Below are positions 43,095-51,311 of a stretch of DNA of 64,000 nucleotides, piece by piece. Below the pieces are notes generated by a model. The model searched no databases, was not told the origin of the DNA, and saw only the letters and a program-made list of their open reading frames with translations. The translations under genes and the position numbers were made by a program. The number at the start of each line of letters is the position of its first letter. The stretch's first letter is position 1. The DNA comes from an uncultured Christensenellaceae bacterium (GTDB lineage Bacteria > Bacillota > Clostridia > Christensenellales > UBA3700), in the NCBI GenBank assembly GCA_910588545.1, contig CAJUOU010000001.1, positions 547,975-611,974 on the forward strand. Direction: 5' to 3'.

Positions 43095-43682
43095 CTAATC
43101 AAATACTATACTATAAATATTTTTATTAGCTATTTTTTCAAAATACTCTTTTAATTCTATATTTTTATCCCATTTATCATGTGGATAATAACCATATCGA
43201 TTTTTCACGTCTTGCATACGTAATTCTATCTCAACCACTCCGTCAGCAGTCCCCAAAGCATCACAAAGTTGAATCAGCTTGTCATAATCGTCATACTCCA
43301 ACGTCAAAAGTTCATTTTCAAGTTCTTTTTGTTCATCTAAAGAAATATCGAAATTTCCTATATATGAGTGCATATCCTTAATGCCGAACGAATGTGTCAA
43401 GCATATTCTTGCGACTTGAAAATATCCTAATTTCAACATATATTTATACCCGTCATAAACATGCCCCAAATGGCGCGTCCCAAACTTTCTACCTATATCA
43501 TGCAATAATCCCAATACATACGCTTTTTCGCTATCCATACCACATGCATCGGCAATTTTTTGAGCGCAAATAGCAACATAACGACTATGGTTGCTCCATA
43601 GCCCTATATTGTGTGTTTCAGCTTCTTTTAACAACTCTTCCGCTGCTTTACGTGAAGGTAATCCTGTATCAAATTCATTCAT
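43095..43682 (-). CDS. HD-domain phosphohydrolase
   Basis: 195 aa; H...LLHDIGR motif. Confidence 0.8.
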   Translation of the reverse strand: MNEFDTGLPSRKAAEELLKEAETHNIGLWSNHSRYVAICAQKIADACGMDSEKAYVLGLLHDIGRKFGTRHLGHVYDGYKYMLKLGYFQVARICLTHSFGIKDMHSYIGNFDISLDEQKELENELLTLEYDDYDKLIQLCDALGTADGVVEIELRMQDVKNRYGYYPHDKWDKNIELKEYFEKIANKNIYSIVFD

Positions 43683-43836
43683 ATAAATATTTTAACACAG
43701 TTAAACAAAAAAATCAAATTAACTAAACAAAGCATGCAGATGTTTTTTTTGCTATACCAAAATTCGAAGCAAAATGCTGGTTTTCAATGGCATTTCTACG
43801 GCTTATCACGACACAATTACAAATCAAAAATGGCAT

Positions 43837-43866
43837 AAAAAAACCACTAGACTACTTGCCTAGTGA
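43837..43866 (-). terminator. tRNA-operon terminator (copy in attL)
   Basis: cactag/ctagtg hairpin followed by T7 on the minus strand, just 3' of tRNA-Tyr. Confidence 0.7.
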
Positions 43867-43868
43867 TT

Positions 43869-43953
43869 TGGTGGGCAGGGGTGGATTCGAACCACCGAAA
43901 GCGCTGCTGACGGATTTACAGTCCGTTCCCTTTGGCCACTCGGGAACCTGCCC
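43869..43953 (-). tRNA. tRNA-Tyr (GTA), 85 nt with long variable arm and encoded CCA; left copy
   Basis: Reverse complement GGGCAGGTTCCCGAGTGGCCAAAGGGAACGGACTGTAAATCCGTC...GGTTCGAATCCACCCCTGCCCACCA folds as a class II tRNA with anticodon GUA. Confidence 0.9.
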
Positions 43954-43960
43954 ATATAAA

Positions 43961-44008
43961 TGGAGCTGGTGATCGGAATCGAACCAACAACCTGCTGATT
44001 ACAAATCA
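43961..44008 (-). pseudogene. 3' fragment of tRNA-Thr (TGT), from the anticodon loop to CCA, displaced by integration
   Basis: Identical to the 3' 48 nt of the intact tRNA-Thr at 54229-54304. The 5' half is missing. Confidence 0.9.
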
Positions 44009-44085
44009 AGCAAATAAAATGTGTAACCAATAACGCAAAGCGACCATACTATTTCTTTATTAGGAATAAAAAACTTTTCTCGTGA

Positions 44086-44222
44086 CACAAATTCCCCGCC
44101 CCTTGGGGCTTTATACAGGTGGAATTTGTGCAAATGCTCATAGGCGGTAGGACCAGCAAGGACCTACAAATCAACCCGATAGCCGAGCCCAAAGGAAGTC
44201 GCAGCGCGACGACTGCGGGAGT
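44086..44222 (+). other. GC-rich, hairpin-dense non-coding segment (candidate single-strand origin or structured RNA)
   Basis: 10-bp stem cacaaattcc/ggaatttgtg enclosing gcccc/ggggc, then gtagg/cctac and cgcag/ctgcg or gtcgc/gcgac stems. No plausible ORF. GC far above the local background. Confidence 0.4.
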
Positions 44223-44248
44223 AAAAAAGGGACTAATTCACTAGCCCC
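44223..44248 (-). terminator. terminator of the xre-lipoprotein operon
   Basis: Minus strand ggggctagtgaattagtccc followed by T6. Confidence 0.65.
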
Positions 44249-44257
44249 TTTGTTTTA

Positions 44258-44878
44258 TTAATTTGACGAAACATAAAAACCACAATCAGTGCAAACTTTA
44301 ACATTTGTAAAATTTATTTCTTTATATTCCTCATAAAAAAATCTAAAATCGCCATAAGCAGAAGTTGAACTAAAATAAATAGTTATATAGTCATTTTTGC
44401 TATTTGTTTTATGTGAAGTAATTTTTGCAGAAATTAAATTATTATGTTTACAATTACGCATCTCATTAGTTTTTTTTGCTTTTAATTTTACAAAATTTTC
44501 TGGGTTTTCATCAGACCATCCTGTACAAATTACTTTTGCGTGGTCATATTCTTTTGTTGTTTGTAAAGGTATATATTTTGAGTATAAACCATTCATAGGT
44601 ACTTCATTTTCAAATGTTTCAATTATTTTTCCGTCTAAATATAAATCACATTTATATTTTATAGCATTTAATTTTATATCAGAGTCGTGACAAATATCAA
44701 TCATATAATATTCGATTTTTCCTGTATCAGTATTTGTAGAAATGCCTGTTAAATTTGCTGTAGCAATAATATAATTATCTTCAACAAAGTATTTACCTTT
44801 AGGCAATGTACAGCTTGTTAATAAACATAGGCAAATAGACATTATTAAAAGTATAAATATATTTAAAATTTTTTTCAT
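44258..44878 (-). CDS. lipoprotein, unknown function (element-encoded, co-transcribed with the repressor)
   Basis: 206 aa; signal peptide with lipobox LLTSC. Its start is 1 nt after the xre stop. Confidence 0.7.
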   Translation of the reverse strand: MKKILNIFILLIMSICLCLLTSCTLPKGKYFVEDNYIIATANLTGISTNTDTGKIEYYMIDICHDSDIKLNAIKYKCDLYLDGKIIETFENEVPMNGLYSKYIPLQTTKEYDHAKVICTGWSDENPENFVKLKAKKTNEMRNCKHNNLISAKITSHKTNSKNDYITIYFSSTSAYGDFRFFYEEYKEINFTNVKVCTDCGFYVSSN

Positions 44879-44879
44879 A

Positions 44880-45164
44880 TCATTTACCTACCTTTATGTT
44901 AGAATTAGAAACGTTATTAAAGCTATTTGATATATGTACTGCTCTATTGTTGTAATCATTTAAACAAAGAATTTCGTTAGCGTCTAAGTCTAAAATAGCG
45001 CATAAGTTTGCTAGCGTGTCTAAAGCAGGCATTTTTTTTCCATGTACATAACAAGATATTTGTGTTTGATTAATTCCTAATGCTTGAGATATTTGTTGTT
45101 GAGTTAAACCACTTTGTTTTATTGCTTCTGCAATTTTTTTTTGTATTTGAATTAAACTTATCAT
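44880..45164 (-). CDS. XRE-family HTH repressor
   Basis: 94 aa from ATG 45164 (GAGGAG SD); LTQQQISQALGINQTQISCYVHGKKMP HTH_3 pattern. The longer track ORF (to 45347) crosses the promoter region. Confidence 0.85.
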   Translation of the reverse strand: MISLIQIQKKIAEAIKQSGLTQQQISQALGINQTQISCYVHGKKMPALDTLANLCAILDLDANEILCLNDYNNRAVHISNSFNNVSNSNIKVGK

Positions 45165-45188
45165 ATTGCTCCTCTTTTGTAAAAATTT

Positions 45189-45264
45189 TACCCGATAGGT
45201 ATAAAAAAAATCTTGACTTATACCTATTGGGTATGTTACTATTATAGTATACCTAATAGGTATA
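45189..45264. promoter_or_regulatory. divergent promoter region with three related operator palindromes
   Basis: tacccgataggtata (45189-45203), tatacctattgggta (45219-45233) and tatacctaataggtata (45248-45264) share TATACCTA/TAGGTATA half-sites. TTGACT at 45213-45218. Confidence 0.65.
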
Positions 45265-45297
45265 AATATTTTTAAACAAAAAGGAGCAAACAAACAA

Positions 45298-45663
45298 ATG
45301 GAATTTAATTGGAAAGACAAAGAAATAGAACTGCAAGAGCAAATCAAAAAATGCGTTAAGGAATATAACGATTATATCAAGACAGATTTTGCTCAATGTT
45401 TAGCAAATGGTAATAAAGATTATGGCAAAGACTTTACTGCCGTATTATGGTGGAATGGCAAGAATATTGAGGTTTATGAATGTGGTCCATTAAAAGATTT
45501 TAAACACGGTCCAAAATCTATTATAGATTTTTATCATTTTTCAAAAGCACGAACAAAAGTAATTATTTGTAGTACTGGTGAGGATATAACTGACAAAGTA
45601 GAAATTAACCCACTTTATCGAGATATTTTTGACGATAAACTTTTAAAGTCGCTTAACATTTAA
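45298..45663 (+). CDS. hypothetical protein (element early gene)
   Basis: 121 aa, AAAGGAG SD, no motif recognised. Confidence 0.6.
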   Translation: MEFNWKDKEIELQEQIKKCVKEYNDYIKTDFAQCLANGNKDYGKDFTAVLWWNGKNIEVYECGPLKDFKHGPKSIIDFYHFSKARTKVIICSTGEDITDKVEINPLYRDIFDDKLLKSLNI

Positions 45664-45675
45664 GGAGCAATAAAA

Positions 45676-46008
45676 ATGGAAACAGTTTTAAATATTGTTG
45701 TGAAAGAACCAGGCAAAGCCCCCGAAGTTAAATTAATTAAACATGATATTGAGGAATTTCAAAAAATTGTTGGTGGATTATTTGATATGGTCCGTGTACC
45801 ACTTATGGAAGATATGATTTATATGGTATGTAATGATACCGGCAAATTGGATAACTTACCTTTTAATTTTTACGAGCCTGCAAGATACGACGTTATAGTT
45901 GGTAATGTATTTTTTGTTGCAGGAGATTATGAAGGCAATACATTAAGTTTAAATAAAAATCAAATTGAAAAAATCAAAAGTTATCTGAGTTATCAGACAC
46001 TTTGGTAA
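45676..46008 (+). CDS. DUF3846-like protein
   Basis: 110 aa; VVKEPGKAPEVKLI...QKIVGG...VCNDTGKLDNLP...VGNVFFVAG matches the remembered DUF3846 pattern, common on mobile elements. Confidence 0.55.
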   Translation: METVLNIVVKEPGKAPEVKLIKHDIEEFQKIVGGLFDMVRVPLMEDMIYMVCNDTGKLDNLPFNFYEPARYDVIVGNVFFVAGDYEGNTLSLNKNQIEKIKSYLSYQTLW

Positions 46009-46037
46009 TAAAAATTAATTTTTAGGAGGAATGAGCA

Positions 46038-46334
46038 ATGTTTTCATTCAAAACAAAAAACGGTAAAGAAGTAACAATTTATGACCCATCAGAACGTGGT
46101 GCAATGTATGCAAATGATTTAAAGAATGGCACAAATATTAATGGCCAAGAATTATCAAAAAATCAAAAAGCATATCGAGCGGGATATTTAAAGGCACAAA
46201 ACGATAATGCAAAAGCATATAATGCCCGTAAATTTAAAGAAGAAAATCCTGACTATAAAAATAAGTTAAAACATTCTGTAGCAGAGATTAAAAAGCAACG
46301 AAAAAAAGAGTCTAAAAAAGGTGATAAAAAATGA
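46038..46334 (+). CDS. small basic protein, unknown function
   Basis: 98 aa, K/R-rich C-terminus, GGAGG SD. Confidence 0.6.
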   Translation: MFSFKTKNGKEVTIYDPSERGAMYANDLKNGTNINGQELSKNQKAYRAGYLKAQNDNAKAYNARKFKEENPDYKNKLKHSVAEIKKQRKKESKKGDKK

Positions 46335-47119
46335 GCAAGGCAAAAATAATAGCAATAAAAATAGTAGTTTTTTTGTTGATTATAGCAGTAGTTTTAACAA
46401 TTAGTTATTTTTTTCATGGTTTAATGTACGATTTAATTCATAAACCTACAGCAGACGTTCCTCTACAAGATATAGTCGAGCCTGAAAAGCCAAACAATGA
46501 AGATAATTCAAATGTTGTTGCAAAAGAACTTGTAAGCAAAACTATTGTTAGTGAAAAATATGGAACTTTTGAAATACCTGTCAATAGTATGCTTTTGTCA
46601 AATACGACCAATAATCTAATTTTTGCTGATACTACTGATTTTAATTATATTTTTGATAAAGAAATTGAAAAATTAAAAGACAATAAAGACATTACTGCTG
46701 AATCTACTTTTGTATTTAAATGTAAAAGAGATAACCTTCTTTCAGATATATTAAATGGTACTAATGTTAATGTTCCGAGCGGAAATTGCTATTTTGTTAT
46801 TGAAAATCAAAAAATTCAGTATTCATTTTCAGATAATTTATATGAAAAGATTTATCCATTTTTGATATATGATTCTATGACATTAGCAATATCATTGCCT
46901 AATGATGAAATTACCCCTTTTCAAGAAATTGATGTGAATTTTTATTGTAAGTCATTATATTTAAATGAAACTATTGAAGATTATGCAGGAGAATTAACTT
47001 TAGAATTATATTTTTCAGATGTAATAATTTCTGACACCGGCTGTCCTCTTACTGACTATATATTTGAAGAGATTATGTCAGACGAAACAACAAAAATTAT
47101 TTATAATTATGCAGAGTAA
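46331..47119 (+). CDS. N-terminally membrane-anchored protein, unknown function
   Basis: 262 aa; a single TM (IIAIKIVVFLLIIAVVLTISYFF). ATGA overlap with the upstream gene. Confidence 0.65.
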   Translation: MSKAKIIAIKIVVFLLIIAVVLTISYFFHGLMYDLIHKPTADVPLQDIVEPEKPNNEDNSNVVAKELVSKTIVSEKYGTFEIPVNSMLLSNTTNNLIFADTTDFNYIFDKEIEKLKDNKDITAESTFVFKCKRDNLLSDILNGTNVNVPSGNCYFVIENQKIQYSFSDNLYEKIYPFLIYDSMTLAISLPNDEITPFQEIDVNFYCKSLYLNETIEDYAGELTLELYFSDVIISDTGCPLTDYIFEEIMSDETTKIIYNYAE

Positions 47120-47131
47120 GGAGTAACAGAT

Positions 47132-48454
47132 ATGAGTAACAAAAAAATTAAAATCATAGCGATAATACTTGTTTTAATCTTAATTTTATCTACAGGTTTT
47201 GGTCTTGTAGCCCATTATTCTAATTGGTTTACAAATTGGGATAAGTTTAATCCGTTTAATTGGGGTAAAAATGACCAAGACAATAAACAAGATAAATTTT
47301 TCGCTGGTGCTTATGTAAACCCAAGTATCAACAAAGGCATTTCTGTTGTAAGTTCAGCTATAGCAGCTGAAGATTTCGAAAGTAATAATATTTCGGCTGA
47401 AGCTGATGCAGGATATACATTAACTGCTACACTTCAATCAAACCAAACACGTAATATGCAAATAGATTGGTTTGTATCATGGCAAAAAGAATCTGATTGG
47501 AGTAATGGTAAAAATGTTTCCGATTATTTAACTTTAAATACTACAACTACTCAGAGTGGCGAAGCTGTAATTTTAACATGTCATAAAGACTTTGCCGAGA
47601 AAATTAATATTGTAGCAACATCTAATTTAGATAAAACTAAAAAAGCTTTTTGTGTAGTTGATTATATTAAAAAAGTTAAATTTATTAATTATAGAATTGG
47701 CGAAACTGAATTTAGTAATATAAGTTTACATAGTATAAATTTTATTCATGCTAATGTACCATGCTATGTTTATTATGAACCGGTATATTCTGAAAATTAC
47801 ACTTTAAATGTTGATTATGAATGTGAAGTTGTAGGTAAATTTACAGATACTTTTGGATATGGTCAAGACCAAATATATGGTAATGTTAATAGCGAAAATA
47901 AATTTGCTTTTTCTAATGGTGCATCAATTTATGATTTATTACCATTGACAGAAGAAATTAAGTCTTTTGTATTAAAGCTTATAGAAGCTCGTTCATATAC
48001 AGAAGATGGATATATAAATGGAGTTTTTTACATTGATTATATTGACGAAGTAATTGCAGAATATGATTTAGTTTATCAGAATATTTCATCTGAAGATAAA
48101 AAAAATAGATATGTAGAAGCTGCTTGTTTTTTATATTATACTCTTAAAGGACTGAGAGAAAATGGCAAAATAAACTTACATTATTTTAAATCTTATGTGG
48201 ATACTCATGCTCCTCTTGAGGATTTTTTAACAGTAATAACTTTTAATTTTATGAATTTAAATTTGTCGAATGTAGAAGAATTTGTTGAAAGACTTAAACA
48301 ATGTGCTCAAAACGGAGTTGGTGTAATGGAATATACGTTAACATATACCGCCGCTGATATTGTTTATACTACAAGTATTCAATTTGGATATAATGAGTCT
48401 TCTTTAAATGTATTCAATGTAAATGTAGATTTACCACCAAATATAGTAATTTAA
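47132..48454 (+). CDS. N-terminally membrane-anchored large protein, unknown function (candidate structural)
   Basis: 440 aa; a single TM (IKIIAIILVLILILSTGFGLVA); AAGGAG SD. Confidence 0.65.
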   Translation: MSNKKIKIIAIILVLILILSTGFGLVAHYSNWFTNWDKFNPFNWGKNDQDNKQDKFFAGAYVNPSINKGISVVSSAIAAEDFESNNISAEADAGYTLTATLQSNQTRNMQIDWFVSWQKESDWSNGKNVSDYLTLNTTTTQSGEAVILTCHKDFAEKINIVATSNLDKTKKAFCVVDYIKKVKFINYRIGETEFSNISLHSINFIHANVPCYVYYEPVYSENYTLNVDYECEVVGKFTDTFGYGQDQIYGNVNSENKFAFSNGASIYDLLPLTEEIKSFVLKLIEARSYTEDGYINGVFYIDYIDEVIAEYDLVYQNISSEDKKNRYVEAACFLYYTLKGLRENGKINLHYFKSYVDTHAPLEDFLTVITFNFMNLNLSNVEEFVERLKQCAQNGVGVMEYTLTYTAADIVYTTSIQFGYNESSLNVFNVNVDLPPNIVI

Positions 48455-48511
48455 TATTTCTTCCCCATAAAAGGCGTTGGCAGTCCTTGTAAAAAACAAT
48501 CTGCTACAATT

Positions 48512-48582
48512 AGGACGTATAATTATGTATTTTCATTTTGTTTGTTTCCTTAATACATTGATTTAAAGTTATTATACGTCCT
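48512..48582 (+). other. 12-bp perfect inverted repeat with nested 7-bp stem, in the only intergenic gap of the structural block
   Basis: aggacgtataat (48512-48523) pairs with attatacgtcct (48571-48582). Inner stem atgtatt (48525-48531) pairs with aatacat (48552-48558). Followed by ttaatttttt. Confidence 0.5.
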
Positions 48583-48602
48583 TTAATTTTTTAGGAGTAA
48601 TT

Positions 48603-49070
48603 ATGAAAAAATTATTTTTTATATTGATTTTAATAGTATTTGTTTTTATTTTTTGTGTTTCTTGTACTGAAGATTCTTCAGACGTAAATATTGACGTTGA
48701 TTATACCTCTAATTTGAGTATTGATAACATATCGAATAACAATATTGAAATTCAATATACTTTGATACCAAGTGAAGCATATAAAGCAAATAATATTCCT
48801 AATGATACAATTTGTGCTTATATCTTTTCTGCATCGATATTGAGTGATAATTTAGAAGATAAAAGTTTATATTGGGATATATTTTGGTGTGACCCAACGA
48901 TAACAAATGATACAAATAATTATATTATTGTTGAACGTACAAGTGAGACAACTGCAAAAGTTATATGTAAAAAAGGCTTTAGAGTACCTTTAACTTTGAA
49001 AATTACAAGTAATACTAATCCAGATATAAATGCGAGCTGTAATATTAATTATGTATTAAAGGAGTTGTAA
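48603..49070 (+). CDS. secreted lipoprotein, unknown function
   Basis: 155 aa; signal peptide with lipobox FCVSC; GGAG SD. Confidence 0.65.
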   Translation: MKKLFFILILIVFVFIFCVSCTEDSSDVNIDVDYTSNLSIDNISNNNIEIQYTLIPSEAYKANNIPNDTICAYIFSASILSDNLEDKSLYWDIFWCDPTITNDTNNYIIVERTSETTAKVICKKGFRVPLTLKITSNTNPDINASCNINYVLKEL

Positions 49071-49071
49071 A

Positions 49072-50493
49072 ATGCAAAATAAAATGAAATATAAAAATTA
49101 TACTATTGCATTAATTATCGTTTTGATATTAGCAATAGCGTTTAATGTTTTTAGCTTAATATTATCTAAAGTTTATGCAGAAACTTCCAATAGCACAAAC
49201 GTTTTAACTGATTTACAAAAAGACCCTAATTTTAAAGTGTCAGACTATCTAGACAAGTCGGATGACTACTCAATTCAAATTATTCAAATTGCAGAAAGTA
49301 CTGCTAAAGAATTACTTATATATACATTTCAGCCTTGCCAGCGAACTCATTATTTAGTAGCAACTTGTGTGAATATGTCATTGTCTAAAAATGTTGCTGG
49401 CACAAATTTATATAATTTGGAATTGTTAAGTCAAGAAGGCGTTTTTTGCAAGTATAAAGTCATGGACGTTGTAGTTACTGATACAGACTATAGATACTAT
49501 AACATAACTTCAATTTATCGTGCTTGGAATGAAGATTTAGACGACCCAAGTGGCAATGACAATACAATTAATGGTATTGCTTATGCTGTTGGAAAATTAT
49601 ATAAAGCTTCTACTGTTGACGGAAAAGTTACATATACTCATGAATTTGTGGAAACTATAGAAATAGTAAATCCTTATGTAGGTTTTTTAACTTATAGCAA
49701 TGGTTTTTACTTATGGGCAGAATCTTGCAACTCACATTTTATTGCTTTTGATACTGATAAACAGATTGATTTTTTAATGGAAGCAGATGTTTATTACACT
49801 TTTCAAGATTTTAGAAAAGACACAGGCACTATTAATGACGGCGAAAAGCCTTTAAGCAAACCCGAAGAAACGAAAAAAACTGTTACTTATATTGAAAAAG
49901 GCGAAACATTAGATTATGGAGTTTTTGCTGAAAAATTTACATGGAATCGTATTTCAAAAAGCGAAGATTTTATCAATGATAAAGACAATAATTTAACGCA
50001 AAATGCTAAAGACCAAGTGGGCAAAACAAAATGGGTATTGCGATTTGTTGAAACAAAATATAATTTTGTTAATAGTGGAATGGCTGGTTGTTCTGAAACT
50101 TATACCAAAATTGAGAATGTCTCTATTTTAAGGTTGAAATTTGTTACAAACGGACGTCTTTATGATTTAGGAGCTGTTTCAAATAAAATAACCAGCGATA
50201 ATGTTCCAGATGGTGGTCAATCAAATAAGTGGGATGTTTTCGGTTGGCTTGTCGATAAGAGTGGTATACCTGTTTGGGCATTTATATTAATTATTGTGTT
50301 GATATTTTTAGCAATTTTATTGCCTGTATTAGGGCTTATATTCCCTGTTGTTGGACAAGCCCTTAAAGTAGTATTTAAAGCAATAGGAAAACTAATTAAA
50401 TGGTTATTTAATGCTTTAGTTTGGATAATTTCTTTGCCAATAAAAGGTATTGTTTGGATAGTAAATAAATGTAAAGGTGGTGGCACTGCGTGA
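49072..50493 (+). CDS. secreted protein with C-terminal membrane anchor (pIII-like topology; candidate adsorption/minor coat protein)
   Basis: 473 aa. N-terminal signal (…SKVYA/ETS) and a hydrophobic C-terminal 90 aa. Placed immediately upstream of the Zot-like gene, as gIII/gVI are in inoviruses. Confidence 0.55.
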   Translation: MQNKMKYKNYTIALIIVLILAIAFNVFSLILSKVYAETSNSTNVLTDLQKDPNFKVSDYLDKSDDYSIQIIQIAESTAKELLIYTFQPCQRTHYLVATCVNMSLSKNVAGTNLYNLELLSQEGVFCKYKVMDVVVTDTDYRYYNITSIYRAWNEDLDDPSGNDNTINGIAYAVGKLYKASTVDGKVTYTHEFVETIEIVNPYVGFLTYSNGFYLWAESCNSHFIAFDTDKQIDFLMEADVYYTFQDFRKDTGTINDGEKPLSKPEETKKTVTYIEKGETLDYGVFAEKFTWNRISKSEDFINDKDNNLTQNAKDQVGKTKWVLRFVETKYNFVNSGMAGCSETYTKIENVSILRLKFVTNGRLYDLGAVSNKITSDNVPDGGQSNKWDVFGWLVDKSGIPVWAFILIIVLIFLAILLPVLGLIFPVVGQALKVVFKAIGKLIKWLFNALVWIISLPIKGIVWIVNKCKGGGTA

Positions 50494-51311
50494 TTTGTAT
50501 AATCTTTGCTCCACCAAGGACCGGTAAAACGTGTTTTTTAACTCACGTGTTAAATACTTATATGTTTGATAATGCTCGTAATTACAAAATGCAACAAGAG
50601 ATAAGACAAAAGCAAGTCAACGGCTTTGAATTTATTAAAACAATACCGCAACATTGTGTATCTAGTAATTACGGAGTTACCGGGTATAAGTTCAGATACT
50701 CTACTCGTCATAGCCGAATAATAAACCCGTACAAGTTAGGTTTTAAAAATAAATGGGTTGAAACTCATTTTAACTTGCCTTATGAAGTGATAGGTATTAC
50801 AGAAGCACAAAAGTACTTAAATAGCAGAATGTCGCAGTACTTCCCTGATTGGCAAAGCCGTTGGTATGAACAGCACGGCCACAATTATTTAGATATATTT
50901 CTTGATACTCAACGTCCGGGTTTAATAGACGTTAATATTCGAGAATTATCTCACTTTATAGAAATTATTAATCTTAAGAAAAAGTACGATAAAAATGGTA
51001 ATATTACAGCTCTGACTTGGACCATTAGGCATATTGATAATAATGCATTATATGAGCGATATATTTCGAGTGGTAAAAAAGACAGTGCGTGTTATGAACA
51101 ATTAATTGTAACAGCAAATTATAACGTTTTTGAGTGTTACGAAAGTACATGCTGCAAGCCTAAATTTTATCAAGGACATTTTGAGGAAGATATAGACTAT
51201 TTGTTTTCTTCTCAAACGGAAGAAACTTTGGACGGATATATTGAGTATTTGAAAAACAATGACGACGAATTGCCGGACAATTTTTATCAAAAAAGGAGTT
51301 TAAATAAATGA
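50490..51311 (+). CDS. Zot/pI-family assembly ATPase (N-terminal ATPase domain only, no TM segment)
   Basis: 273 aa. N-terminal Walker A APPRTGKT, VIGITEAQKYLNSR (compare LDECG/IDEC Walker B) and QHGHNYLDIFLDTQRPGLIDVNIRE (compare HRHxGWDIxxxTQ...R of Zot/M13 pI). GTGA overlap with the upstream gene. Confidence 0.7.
   Translation: MICIIFAPPRTGKTCFLTHVLNTYMFDNARNYKMQQEIRQKQVNGFEFIKTIPQHCVSSNYGVTGYKFRYSTRHSRIINPYKLGFKNKWVETHFNLPYEVIGITEAQKYLNSRMSQYFPDWQSRWYEQHGHNYLDIFLDTQRPGLIDVNIRELSHFIEIINLKKKYDKNGNITALTWTIRHIDNNALYERYISSGKKDSACYEQLIVTANYNVFECYESTCCKPKFYQGHFEEDIDYLFSSQTEETLDGYIEYLKNNDDELPDNFYQKRSLNK

Larger units (their letters stand above)
43826..44008. repeat. 183-bp direct repeat, left copy (attL)
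   Basis: 182/183 identical to 54094-54276. The only difference is T43857 versus C54125. Confidence 0.95.

Noticed and set aside
43787-43972. 61-aa plus-strand ORF
   Set aside because: It is antisense to tRNA-Tyr and to the tRNA-Thr fragment, so it is an artefact.
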